In this document: in pieces, positions 1-12,748 of the stretch
Layout of the letters: every line of letters begins with the position of its first letter
Numbering within the stretch: the stretch's first letter is position 1
Source: Tubulanus polymorphus
Taxonomy: Eukaryota; Animalia; Nemertea
DNA length: 64,000 nucleotides
Reading direction: 5' to 3'
Assembly: GCF_964204645.1 (NCBI RefSeq)
Contig: NC_134035.1
Location: forward strand, 5,952,001-6,016,000
The notes under the pieces: model-generated
Told to the model about the DNA's origin: nothing
Databases searched by the model: none
What the model saw: the letters and a program-made list of their open reading frames with translations, nothing else
Program-made: the position numbers and the translations under genes

Positions 1-245
1 GACCATATCCCCGATAAAACCACGGAGGTACGAGACTATATCGCTGATAAAACCGTGGAGGTGCGAGACCATATCCCCGATAAAACCACGGAGGTACGAG
101 ACTATATCGCTGATAAAACCGTGGAGGTGCGACACCACATCCCAGATAAAACCATTGAGGTGTGAGACCATATCCCAGATAAAACCATGGAGGTGCAAGA
201 CCATATCCCTGATAAAACCATGGGGGTGCGAGACCATATCCCAGA
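1..245. repeat. 33-bp minisatellite (~7.5 copies, partly a 66-bp dimer), truncated by window edge
   Basis: Unit GACCATATCCCCGATAAAACCACGGAGGTACGA alternates with GACTATATCGCTGATAAAACCGTGGAGGTGCGA. Confidence 0.95.
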
Positions 246-1218
246 TTTGGAGAGGACTGATGAAACCATTCTGGTGCACTGTGGTCATCTCTCTGATAAC
301 GCTTCTGATTGGACTAAAACATGATTTAACGTTATAATTGTATCAAACTGAATCATGTTTAAGCTGTCCACATTAATGGTCCGATCTGCTGACTCTATGG
401 AGCGCTGAATAAACAAAATACCATTCGAAAACATAATATGAATATTCGATAACTTCTCTACAAAAACGATTGAACAAATATGAAAGATTAGGCGCCGATA
501 GTATACAATAGTAAACGTTAATGGGTTTTTTTCTGTAAATGGCGGGTAACGAGTTGAGCTCGTGTGTGCTCGCTATTCCGACGTATCTGAATTCTAGTTG
601 AAAATAACTGGATTCGCTGTAAATACCGCGTCTCATTGACTCAATTCTCATCTTAAGTAGTTCGTTTAATTTCGCACGGAGTTTAATTTCAGAATGAACA
701 AGATACTCTTATCCGGCGGCAACGACGACGCGAGTTTGAAACAGTGTATCTCTGAATCACTGATGGGGAAATGATGAAATAGTTAGTAGTGCGATCCGTA
801 AAATGATACCCGCCGTATTGAGCAGTCGAAAGAATTTCTCAAACTACAAAAATTCTAACCGTATAGTTGCATCCATTTCATCGACAATGGGGAAATTTGT
901 CGGTTAAACGATGGCCGGATATCTGATGATAGAATTGCGGCAAAAACTTCAAACTTTTATTTTCAAGGACAGGAACAAATTTTATTAACAAGTCACTAAA
1001 TCACACTTATATCATATATTTATATACATCATCCTGGTTTTTTATGTAAATATACATTCTATGAGTTAATTGCACATATATCCATTTATCCCACTTATAT
1101 CCACTTTTATATGTACACTAAATCAATTCATCATGATTAGTTTTTGTATAAAGGTCAGAGATTTGCTTTCTATGCAGCACCTTTAACAAAGCCTGAATGT
1201 GAATTCTCTTGTTGAATC

Positions 1219-1250
1219 CATTGACGCATACCCTAGTTTATAGGTCCATG
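1219..1250. mobile_element. 32-bp palindromic miniature element, copy 1 (P-like CAT...ATG ends)
   Basis: Reverse complement matches 7729-7760 at 26/32; flanks TTGAATC / GTGAAAC. Confidence 0.5.
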
Positions 1251-1281
1251 GTGAAACCCAGGGCAATAGCATGGGCTTATA

Positions 1282-1601
1282 AGCCGCGATCACACGGGGA
1301 CAATTTGGCCCGGCCCAAATTGGCACGGATCAGGCTCGAGCCAAATTTGGCCCGTGCCTAATTAGAGAGCGCGTTCGCACGCAAACCATTCACTCGATAC
1401 TAAAACAATGCTCAAACAAAGCGAAGTGGATCATTTCCGGTACCAGTTGCAATTCAAACGCAATCATTTGTCCCGTGCTAAAATTTGGCTCGGGCCTGAT
1501 CCGACGTTTTTTGGTTGGGCCAATATTGGCTCGGGCCCATTTGGCATCCGTGTGAACAGTTGTTCCGGGCCCGAGCCAAAAATGGTCGTGTCATCGCGGT
1601 T
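1282..1601 (+). mobile_element. MITE family A (PIF/Harbinger-like), full copy
   Basis: TIR AGCCGCGATCACACG / CGTGTCATCGCGGTT, 3-bp ATA duplication; homologous to 41533-41815, 11309-11564, 12616-12748. Confidence 0.85.
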
Positions 1602-2082
1602 ATATAGTATATGCGAGTGTATACATCATGGGCAATAGAAGTAAGCCGCTAGTGAGCTACATTATCTCAATCAGTATACCCTGTATCGGTACAAGAATGA
1701 TGTTACCCACATCACTTGGTATCTCGGCCAGAATAACTATTTTTAAGGATGGATATCGCCTCCTCTTTATGTTTAAACAGATCAGTAAAATATTACCCGA
1801 TTTTTTCCTCCATACCCCTTCCCCGCTCCTCTACCTTCTTTCACTCATTCACTCCCTTTCCACTTCCCTTCTGCGTAAGTTGAACTTAGAAAAACTAACG
1901 TATATGGTAATCAAAATATACATTATGTACGTATAATGTGCTCGCATTCGTTATTCTTATTTAGTGCATAAAAATCTCTCCCACTTAGTCTTCTCTGGAA
2001 TCACAGACGATTTTCTTTGTCGGTAAGAATTAATTGAACGCGATCATAAGCGTTTTTAAAAAAGAAAAACATGCTTGAAATT

Positions 2083-2303
2083 TCAACTGCGCCAACGGGT
2101 GAATGCGATAGCTATGGAAACAAGTGTAGCGATTAGGTAGACTGAATTTAACGTTCTTACGGCGTGATTACAATGATCGTAACTACAAAAACAGTAAGTT
2201 GCCGTGTACGCTCCATGGGTGAAAACGCGACATCCGTCAGTGGTGTTCAAACCTTGAACTGAACCGGGCGGGTAACAGCCACGGGCCGTCGCCATGATCC
2301 ACC
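2083..2303 (-). CDS. quiver/sleepless-like Ly6/uPAR GPI-anchored protein, exon 3 (terminal)
   Basis: ttttcag|GG acceptor (phase 1); WIMATARGC...DGC...YCFCSYDHCN then hydrophobic GPI-signal-like tail and TGA. Confidence 0.9.
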
Positions 2304-3948
2304 CTGAAAACAGAGAGCAAAACATGTAGTCAATTAGGTTATTTAACTACTCAAGCTTAATTGTCAGTTAATAATTCATTTCTAGGGCTGCTTTCTTGTA
2401 CAAGCTAACTTTTGCTTCAAAGCAGTCCTTCATTTGATATCATTTCGCTTTCAATATATACATTTCATTCATTAAATCTGTAAAAGTTTTATATGAAAAA
2501 AATAAATCGTTTCGTAATATCATATCAATCATAACTTTTGACAAATGATGTTAATATAGATACATTTATAAGGATGGTAGAAACAATTAACAGTTCGAAA
2601 ATCCGGAACAACACCCGATATCATCATACAGTTAATGAGTGTCCAAAGGGTTTCCATACTTTTACAAATCGAGTAATGTTTTGAATACAATTAACGTTTC
2701 TTAAAATGGTAATAGCGCACACAACGAATTTTAGTTACAATTCTGTGATTTTTGGCAGCATGGAGTGAGCGGCAGAGATCATGATTGAAATGATTCTAGT
2801 GTCGAGAGGTCCACAGAAAGTGTCTGTCTGTCTTTATGAGTAGAAAAGCCGCGATTAAAAGACCAATATTCGTTCTAATTAATAATGTCTTCACCAACTG
2901 ACAAACTTCGAAGCTACACAATATCATGCAGTGACGGATTTATGGAGAGGTTTTCCTATTCGCCAATACAGAGATTGTTAAAACCGCAAATTTGACTTAC
3001 ATCCTCTCGTAAATGTCATCTTTAAGGATGTATATCTGCCTAATCTGGCTAACCCTAGATCGAGGCACTCCACTATAGTTGCCTTAGACATGGGTCCCTT
3101 ATCAGAACAATGCCTGTTCTTTTCTTCCGGACCTCCGCCTTCCGGTTTTCCTAGATCCTGTCGTGATTAGGTCTTTTTTTCTAAATCTTAAGTAAGAAGA
3201 ATGTAAAGAGAGGATCCTATAGCACTGCGATTTAGATGAATATTCTTTCGTGACGTAGTGATATATCGGTCAATGAGGCTGATATGTTCACATAATCATA
3301 ACGTCATAAATATATGAGTAATAACCAGATAGAAACAGTCACACGCGCATTAAGTCGTTAAAACTGGGCAGTTATTTCTCGTTAACGAAGCCATTAGGCG
3401 GATGATTACACTCGGTGAATAGACTTACAATTAGGTAAATTGGTCAATCTTTCTCGTCTCCGCCAGTCGGAACTACATCGTTCCCCTGACAGCAATTATC
3501 AGGCTAATGAAACGTGTCAATCTGCGGCACACGACGGATAACCACATACGAGTTATAGCGATATCCGAGTCAATCACCGTAATTCACTACGATTACCCCT
3601 CGTCTCTCCTCTTCTTATCTTGTTTTCGATAATCGCCGTCATAAGAAAAATGTTTTCGAACGGGAGCGCAATTATAACTGAAGGACATCGGGAGAGAGGG
3701 AGTAACGTGTACATGTCGTACTTAATCCGTGAACTGTTTGTATGTTCATCTGCGGGGCAAACCGTTCTACCACCGGTAAAATCTAGTTAGCAAACAAACT
3801 CGGCAATGGTTTTAGAGACAACGTAGAAAGAACCCTCGAAAAGAATTTATCAACCGTCGCATCCATAACACTATTAGGCCGACGTGTCTTGAAGTCATTT
3901 GGCGGACGTGCGTTCGGTGCGTTTGCACCTTCGTATTGAATCCATTAA

Positions 3949-4235
3949 GGGCCGACTCTATTATCACCCGGACGCGTCCAATTTCACTCTTTTATCGACC
4001 ACGTGATCATCCGGACGTCTCCGCTCTCTCCATTCCGACGAGGTGGTTTAGTTGCGGAGTGGCCTTAATAAGATATATAACACGCCCAGCATAGCATTAA
4101 CAGGCGACCAGTCTAGGCTCAGAATTCGACACGCAGCCAGTCTATTATTAAGTGATAGTGCAGACGTTCTCCGACACCGAAATCACCGGATCATCCGGAT
4201 ATCAATGCGGACGTAGATAATAGAATCGCTGGTCC
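3949..4235. mobile_element. Harbinger-like MITE in intron 2 of the Ly6 gene
   Basis: Imperfect TIR GGGCCGACTCTATTATC / GATAATAGAATCGCTGGTCC flanked by TAA on both sides. Confidence 0.6.
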
Positions 4236-4799
4236 TAACCCATCCGTGATTATTGACTCTCAACCACCCGCATTCAAAGCACCATTTCATAGTTTATTCA
4301 ACCTCTCGACTATACTCTCATATAGTCATCTTTGTTAGAGAGATCGAACACAACTAATCGAAATCCCTTTTCATATACGGTATACCGTTAACTACAAACT
4401 CAAGGAACAATTCCGGGCTTTATTTTTTCATTACTAGTGTGAGTTTCTATCGTCACAACACGGACTGAGTACTTTCATCAATGGTTGTCAAGACATTTTT
4501 GTTCCAAGTCATCACAGCCCCTCTGGTGCTGGGGTACATATAGAATAGGGGGTAATACGTATCTGCGTACATGTATACAGTCATGTCTTCGGATTCATTG
4601 GTCTTGGGATCGAAAATCTAAAACTTTCTTAACTTTAGTTGATTGAGGTCTCGTACATCTGACTTTTTTATACCATTTGTTTGATTAAGGAGAGTATTCC
4701 AGCGAATTTTCCATCGGTTCAATGATGAATGAGGATATTATCCACAGAGGGTGAGAGGTTGTTTTTTTTTGGGGGGGGGGGCTGTGTATATATACTTAC

Positions 4800-4946
4800 T
4801 ATTTCCTCTACTGGGATACTCTATTTGTACGGCGCATTTTTCCACACTCGAATGGCAGATGGTCGGCAAATACTTCCACGGATTGAACGGAAAGGCACAT
4901 CCGGGATTTTCCGTGCTGATGCATTCGTAACACATGATTGATAGGC
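4800..4946 (-). CDS. quiver/sleepless-like Ly6/uPAR protein, exon 2
   Basis: attacag|GC acceptor, A|gtaagt donor, both phase 1; LSIMCYECISTENPGC...TIC...EKC = Ly6 Cys 1-5. Confidence 0.9.
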
Positions 4947-6289
4947 CTGTAATGTAGAACGTATCGTAGAGATTAATGACTGCGCACATATTATTCATCT
5001 CATTCTGAACAGCCGTGTATGATTTTTCACGGGAAGAATCACGATTCTTTTCTGTTCAGTTGATACCTTAACGCAATCTGGAGATCTCTCGCCGATCACA
5101 CGTATCGCCGTTGAACGGCGGTTTTGAACAGTGAAACTGTTGTTGTGCAACAAATTCCTACGAATTAACACGTTTCGTGATCGACGATTCAATCATCAGA
5201 ATCGTGAAAAAATCAGTCGTTCAGTCTGAATGTCGCGATAGAAATAGAAACAGTGCCGGAATAGAATTCTATGCGATAGAATATTGAAGATTTATTCAGA
5301 TAAAACCACATCTTTCCAACTGTAGACAAACATCCATCATCAGATGCTTCTGGCCATTTTCGAATATTTCCCGCTATTTTCGCCCCACTTGAGAAATCCT
5401 ATGTTTCATAAATGCGCCGAGGTGAATTGCTCAATAATTTGGTTAGAGTGAACTACAACTGCCAAAAACGTTTCATTTTAATAACATCTTCGAACAACAA
5501 AAATCACTAAGACGTATTTCGTTCCCCGTGAGAGCTGTTTAACCATCAATCTAAAGCGTCTTAATTCGATACCTTACTACTAAAAAGATTGCACTTTTAG
5601 ACTTAAGTCTCACCGGCCCCGAAGTTTATGTCAACAGCGTGGTAACTGATGATGGCTCGAAAAATTGTCAAATAGCAATATAAGTTTCACTGAGGCGATA
5701 ATATGTAAGATTTATGAAATTTAAGGCGATAAATTCAGCGATAACGGGCTCCCCCAGCGCGCGGAAACAAATCGTAAAAATCTCCGGACCGAAACTCCGC
5801 CGCTCGAGAACTTATCTCAGAAGCTCTGAAAATATTTGTATACACCGAGTTGACTCGACTCTTATCGCAAACCGATATATCCGGCGTAGTCTCCAGGGGC
5901 GGGAGGGGCGCTGGGGGTGGGGGTGTAAATTCTAAAACGTTCCCCTTCGACTGATTTAATGATTAAATGGTTCTCCACTGAGGGTGTGATGTTCATCTTC
6001 TTGTTCAATTACGTAAATACAAATACCTTTTAGGAACTTTGATATATTAAACATCAAACTTTTGAAACTGGCTAAATTTATTAATACCGGTCCGGATTTA
6101 TATATAACCCTCCAATGTATTTGTAAATAGTATGTTGTAGATAGCGTTTGTTATGTTTTAAAATGCTTTTTTTCTGTTTTAAGAATGCTTTTTTTTGGTA
6201 ATCAATTGTAAATACTGTTTTTCCCTCCATATACCATTACAGATGGTTGGAGTGTAATAGATATTCGTATTCGTCTCATTGTTCAGGTT

Positions 6290-6712
6290 ACAGAAAAAGA
6301 AAATTAACTCGAAAGTTTATTGACACCTTGAAAAATAGCATATATTGCTTAATATTGTCGACAATGAATAATATGATATAATTCATACAATATAAAGGAT
6401 CAATAAAGTTGTTTTTGATTTGAGCGATATTGATAATTGAATTGACCGGCAACCCGTCTAGCCCCAATATATCGATTACGCATAGGGTACGTCCTCTCAA
6501 AAATAATTATCAAACTTTATCAAAAATAATATCAAACTAGAGTCATGAGAGATATCTAATCGCAAAATAATTTCTAAAATTCAAAATCGTAATTGTTATT
6601 TTCAAACGCATATATTGATGACGTAGTGCACATCGACTCGCACAGGGCCCCTTAAATAACGCATAGGTATCAATGTATATAAACATTATTGTAACGGTTT
6701 TTTTCAGCGTTT
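6290..6712 (-). repeat. Dispersed repeat family H, copy 1 (unclassified)
   Basis: Shares GAGTCGATGTGC.CTACG and GGTTGCCGGTCAATT blocks, inverted, with 8618-8905 and 16870-17245. Confidence 0.75.
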
Positions 6713-7273
6713 ACAAAAAATATTAATTTCGCGGTCTTAGGAAGAATGTAAATGTCTCCTCTGGGTGAATCTGTGAATTTAATTTGTCGCGCAAATCGTC
6801 GGTAGTTCACTACGGAATGAACTCCCTAGCCGTATCGCGCTTGATTTATAGATCTGGAGGAGAGGATTTTTCAAACAGACACGGCGTCGAGATGCAGAGA
6901 AGCGCGCGTCAGCAGTTATCCCGTTTCGTATTTGAATAAAGATTATTTGATTTTGTGCTCGTATAGGCACAAGACGCTGTCATCGTTCAGATGATTTCAC
7001 CCTCGGGAATATTTCATACCGTTAACGTTTCAAAGAAGAAAGCGATACCGTCGTCCGTCGCTTGCTCGTCGTCATATTTCAAATTTCTTTCCGTTGACAA
7101 TAAAATTTTCCGCAATTCGAATCTAAAACATAATTAACGTCGTTCATATGAGATATCCCCATAAAACATAATTTTCCCAACTGATGTCGAATTGGTTTCG
7201 AATCACCTCGTGAATATCTATCTCAGTTTTCGTCGACTTGATGAGTACTTGTTTCATAAATGCGCCTAAACAG

Positions 7274-7615
7274 CATCCTCCCTCGGCAGGGATTCGAACC
7301 TAATGAAATTGCTACACTCAGTAACGGCACGAACCCCTGCCACAGTAGACCGGGTGCGCAGATACATGCGCAGCTTTGCCGCACGAAAACTTGCGGCACC
7401 AATCAGATTGCTCGTTGTTTGATGGCTGAGGTAAATTTCACGGAAGAACTATAAATGGGAAATCCCGGGCCATAGTTAAACGGGATATGTGATTGGCTAA
7501 TAATGACATCATCTATAAGCTGCGCATGTAGCTGCACACTCGGTCTAGTGTGGCAGGGTTTCGTACCGTGGCATTCTCGATACCATCAGGTTCGAATCGC
7601 TGGCGGGGGAGGATG
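7274..7615. mobile_element. MITE family B (hAT- or P-like), full copy with 8-bp TSD
   Basis: Long imperfect TIR CATCCTCC...GGATTCGAACC / GGTTCGAATC...GGAGGATG; CTAAACAG duplicated at 7266-7273 and 7616-7623. Confidence 0.9.
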
Positions 7616-7728
7616 CTAAACAGCGGCACCAGTTGCCCAAAAGTTGATTGAAGTGGACACCGATGGACAAATACTAGGTACCAATGAAGAATTAATCGTC
7701 ACTATGTTAACTAATCCACGACTTAAAC

Positions 7729-7760
7729 CATGGACGTATAAACTAGATTACACGTCCATG
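7729..7760. mobile_element. 32-bp palindromic miniature element, copy 2 (P-like)
   Basis: CATGGACGT...ACGTCCATG, flanked by CTTAAAC / CTCAAAC (6/7). Confidence 0.55.
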
Positions 7761-7779
7761 CTCAAACAAATGTAAGGGC

Positions 7780-8003
7780 TGGGTTTTAACTGCCTGGCCA
7801 AAAAAAAACTTCAGGCGCGGCTAGAGCCAAATATTAGCAGGGGTCAAATTTCTTGCGTGTAAATTGCAACTAGTTCCGAAAGTGGCTAATTTCGATTTTT
7901 TTTTAAGCATTTCTAGTATACAGTGAGTTGTTTACGCGTGGACGCACGGGCCTGATTCGTGCCAATTTGGGCCGGCCGAAATCATCTCCGAGTGATCGCG
8001 GCT
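7780..8003 (-). mobile_element. MITE family A, diverged partial copy
   Basis: Ends in GTGATCGCGGCT; internal GCACGGGCCTGATTCGTGCCAATTTGGGCCGG matches family A. Confidence 0.6.
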
Positions 8004-8617
8004 TAGAACGTCACAATCAAAATTAGCTCATAGATGTTTTCATATGTAGCTCATATTTTTTTTTTTTATAGAAGGATTATCTATTCTGTAACAAGAGGAC
8101 CTGTACAATATGCTCGGCTTTCGCTGTTAGTGGTCAGGTATCGTCATTACAGCTCGGTTGGACCCAAGCCAAACCCGATTGGCTGTAATTCGTGATGGAG
8201 TCGGTGTATCAGACACGCAGTTTCCTTCACCACTCAAAATATCGCTGGTTTTTTGCCGTATAGAAAGGAAACGTTTCCAGAATCGGTTATTCTTATGAGG
8301 AACTCCATTAGGGACTAGACGTAGTTCGAAATATGAAATATCGCGTGTCAATACCAGCACTGATGCCTGAAATCAATGCCAGTTCATGCTGTCTTCTCTC
8401 GTCGAAAATCCCTCCAAAAAAGCTATATCCCGACCAATAACTTTTACATCCGATCGATTTCAATTAAAACGGGGCAGGCTGTATTGATTGTTTCCGAAAG
8501 TGTGAAGTTTCTTTTGAAATTATTCGGAAATTCAGCTGTTCATCTTCTTGTATTATAACTCGGCAATATTTTGTTCGTAAAATCGAAATAAATGAATAGC
8601 TGTACATTTTGACGTCG

Positions 8618-8905
8618 TAAAAACCGTTGGAATAATTTTTATATACATTGATACCCTTGTGTAAGCGTTATGGGGTTCCGTGCGAGTCGATGTGCACTAC
8701 GTCATCGATATTGGCGTTTCAAAATTATAACTATTTTGGCGTTTATTTTGTAACCAAACATATTTCATAACCCTTATCATATTTTTGATATGTTTCAATA
8801 ATCACTTTTGGGAGGATACGCACTACGTCATCAATGTATCGGGCTAGACTGGTTGCCGGTCAATTCAATTCAATTATCGATATACTCTAATCCAAAATAA
8901 CTCAT
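8618..8905 (+). repeat. Dispersed repeat family H, copy 2
   Basis: GTGCGAGTCGATGTGCACTACGTCATC ... GGCTAGACTGGTTGCCGGTCAATTCAATT. Confidence 0.75.
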
Positions 8906-10225
8906 GATATTGAATATTACGGCAAAACCCAAAAAGTGCAGGTATACATTTTTAATGAAACAAACTTACGGGTTATCATTTTTTCAAATATTCTAATCTA
9001 CCAGTGACTAACTGGAAGTGATAATCTTTCGCACTTTGATTTTGTTCTACTCTACACGAGCTAGTTGGATGGTTGCTCGTAGTTGCAGCTTTCTTGAATA
9101 AAATGCGTTGTATATGATAGTGTTAACGGGGGTGACCATTTCATCAACTCCCGCGTTTTAAGAAAAATCCCTCCCACTAAATGAACGGGAGAGAATCTCG
9201 TAAAAGCAGCAGCTAACTATATAGTGTTGATTATCAGCGATTGATCAGTGAAACATGATGAGTGTTTTACACACACATCGAGCGCGGCAAACAGAACACA
9301 AATTAGGAACCGTGAACTCACGAGCGCTAGACGCTAATTGCACTAACTCTCTATTTGTCTTCGTTTGAAGATGGTCGTTTAGAAAACAGAGACCGACGAA
9401 TTTAACTCGATCGGCGCCGGAATCGAGCTTTGATATTTAAAGGGCAGCGAATCGTTCGCGACGTTGCTTTGAACATGTGCGCTAGAAGCCCGTCTTCAAA
9501 GCAACGTCGCCGAGTCGGGAGAAGTTACTTAATCAGGGAAGCCAACAAGGCCGAGTGAAGTGCGCAGACGCGCCTGTACTGACGTCACTAATTGATGGTA
9601 AATGATCTTCTCGCGCTGCTCCATCCTAGCTTGCCAGGGTTTGATTGCCTCCCGCTGAAGCTCGCACCATGAATCTGGTCTGCGGCCAAGGTTTGTGTTG
9701 CCGTGAGCCTCGTCGGGTCCAGGCAATCTAACCCAGGCAAGCGAGCATGGCGCTTTTCCGACTCGAGCAGCGAATCTGAAACTCCCTTATCGAGTTCAGT
9801 CATGTTTAAATAATCATTATAAACGTATTGAATTTTATCTTAAAAAGTCCCCGCAGCAGAAAATGATAACGCGTGTTGCGTGTGTGTTAGAATCTAAAAC
9901 CCCAGCTCTCCACCTTTGCGCTGGTTTTTTCTTCTCCTGGGGATTACTTAAAATTCCGAGCGTGCTCTCAGACTTCCGCTGAAGCGTTTTGTGTGTGTTT
10001 ATTTACCAGGAACTGCAGAAACCCCCGAACAAACTCGCGTGTTAGATACTACGGGGATAGGTCAACAACGCCCATTACTTCCGGCCTTTGACGCCCGATA
10101 CCCCGATACGAGGTGTTTTTCAACCTCGATTGCCTCCTCCTGTCCCGTTCAATGCGGACCCGGCGGGTACCCATGGCGCCTGGAAACTGTATGGCTTATT
10201 ACAGCATAGGCGCTGGGGTGGTCTC

Positions 10226-10678
10226 CCCCTCTCCCTCAGTCCTCACTCCCACTCTCCCTCTCTCTCTCTCTCCCTCCCCTCCCACTCTCTCACGCCACTC
10301 TTACGCCATTTCTGTATCTGAACTTACGGACCCCCGATAAATATTAGTTTGTATATGGTCCAGAACTTCATGGTAAACTTCAAGGTAAATTCTCTCCCTC
10401 CCCTCTCCCTCTCGCCCCCTCTCTCTCCCCTCTCCCCTCTCTCTCCCTTCTTCCCCTCCCCTCCCTCTCCCTCTCCTTCTCCCTCCCTCTCCCTCTCCCT
10501 CTCCCTCCCTCCCCCTCCCCTCCCTTCCCTCCCCATCCCCCTCCCTCTCCCCCTCCCATCCCCCTCCCTCTCCCCCTCCCCTCCCCTCCCCCTCTCCCTC
10601 TCCCTCTCCCTCTCCTTCTCCCTCTCCCTCTCCCTCTCCCTCTCCCTCTCCCTCTCCCTCTCCCTCTCCCTCTCTCTG
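10226..10678. repeat. CT-rich low-complexity / (CTCTCC)n tract
   Basis: Nearly pure pyrimidine from 10391-10678 plus a shorter tract from 10226. Confidence 0.95.
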
Positions 10679-11308
10679 CTCCCGCCGTCGATTGAATTTC
10701 TAAAAGCCATTAAAAGCGTATCATATTCACTTTACAGGAAAGTTAAACTTAGCGTTAATTTTCGACAAACAGATTTTACAAGCCCCGCAGCGATTCGATC
10801 GAATCAATGAAAGATCGTACTTTCAACGAGTAGAATATTCTATTTTCAGCAGCAACTGATCACGATAAAACGATTTAGTTTTTCGACGATTTCTCCGAGA
10901 TGTGTTCCACCCCAAGCTGGAAGTATTCTATTAACTGCTCATTCAAGAAACAGAATGAATGTTAATTTGTTTTTCGAATTTTTTTCTGTAGATGTTTGCC
11001 GATGTTTGAAGCTACCGCGGCTTTCGGCGACTTTTTTTAAATTTCCAATGAATCGAATCAAAACAACTTCATTCGCTAATTTTTAGAAGTTAAATTCAGG
11101 GTTAATTTGATTTACTTCGATGAATTCGAGTGTCTCTAAATTTGCGGATTTCTCATCGCTCCAATTGTTTTGTGAATTCAATTTCCATCAAACTCAATCG
11201 AACGTGAATTAAACTTGCAAATCGCTAAAACCAATTAAACATTGTGCGTATAGTGTCTCTGGTTTGTACGCGTAAATCGAAGGCGTCCTGTTTTACTTAT
11301 GAGCTATA

Positions 11309-11564
11309 AGCCGCGATCACGCAACCGTTTTTGAGCATGGCAAATGTGGCCCGGAATGACTGTTCACACGAGTACCAAAAACGTCGGACGATCGGAATCA
11401 TCGCGTTTGAATTGCTCTGGAGTAACTCATTAGCTTTGTTTAAGCATCGAGTATCGAGTGAGTGGTTTGCGTGTGAACGCGCTCTCTAATTAGGCACGGG
11501 CCAAATTTGACTCGGGCCTGATCTGTGCCGATTCGGCCCGGGCCAAATCGTAGATCCGTGCGAT
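11309..11564 (-). mobile_element. MITE family A, copy with one truncated end
   Basis: AGCCGCGATCAC start; GTGAACGCGCTCTCTAATTAGGCACGGGCCAAATTTG core. Confidence 0.8.
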
Positions 11565-12615
11565 GAGAACGGAGAAGTTTTGAGTGTATGGCTGACAGTT
11601 TAATCTTTCGACTACGTTGGTGCGAAGTTAAGATCGCTGACAAATACACAGCGATATAACTTCTGAAACTTTTTCTCATCTCAGAAAAAAGGTGATTCGA
11701 ATAACGATCCGACTGTAGGCGTTTTTGCGGTAAACCATTGCTGTATACTACCAGCAGCAACAACAGATGATAAAATCACCCCCCAAAAAACCGATTACGT
11801 TGCTCGGTCACGTAATTTCAGTCGGTATCAAGCGAGGCTTTCCGCGGCGCGTGGAAACATCTGTGATCGATATGGAATGTTGTTATATGATTTAGAAGCA
11901 CCGCCGGCTCTCTCTCTCTCTCTCTCTCCCTTCTCCCTAGTGCCCGATCGCGACCATCACCCTGACAAACGATCATTCCTGGTTTTTGTTCATATTTGTA
12001 CAGTTGTCAGTTAGTATGTGATACTTTAAAGGTTTTCTACATAGCATATTCATACGCATGCACGTAGTAACTAGAAAAACGTATATATAATCTATCTTTT
12101 TGAAAATGATCTTTTATATATTTTGTAAAGAGCTTTGAGATTACATAATTCGATGAATAACCATTATCATGTTTATTGTTATTATTGATAGTTTATCTCG
12201 TCCATGATACATACAGGACTCCTGCGTCCATTTCCAGACATTTGATTTAGGTGTGAACATGTGAACTGAATAATTAAACTTGACTGAGGCCTTCTTAAAA
12301 TGTTTAAACTAAATGTGAAGTTTATAGATAGCTGAATTAGAGGCAAAGCATTAGAAAACCAAATATTGTAAATTGCATAGACATATTATAGAGGGATATA
12401 TTTTATTGGTATATAGGTACTTATATCATTGTCAATATGTTATATGTAATTTGATGTCTAAAATCTTGACGAGTGTTGGGGATGGCAGATGGCAGATATC
12501 GTGATGTATGAACCGAGGAAATGTATATGTAAAAACTAATCCAGTGTATAGCGTTGCTGTACATGATGGGCATACGGGTATTGTTTGGGCACTTTGAGTA
12601 ACCATGGTATATATA

Positions 12616-12748
12616 AGCTGTGATCACACGAGCGTTTTGGCCCGGGCCCCAAATTTTGCCCGTGCCAAATCTGACCCGAGTGGTTTGCGTGTGAACGCGC
12701 TCTCTTATGGCACGGGTCAAATTTGACTTGATCCGTGCCGATTCGGCT
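12616..12748 (-). mobile_element. MITE family A, internally deleted copy
   Basis: AGCTGTGATCACACG start and same core motif. Confidence 0.75.

Noticed and set aside
5165-5205. Hammerhead-like CTGATGA...GAAACGTG on the minus strand
   Set aside because: Stem II misregistered, non-cleavable GUG triplet, no stem I
10324-10810. RE-rich and SLP-rich ORFs (also 17929-18456, 62837-63328) and IY-repeat ORFs (26746-27201, 43737-44059)
   Set aside because: Artifacts of low-complexity and microsatellite DNA
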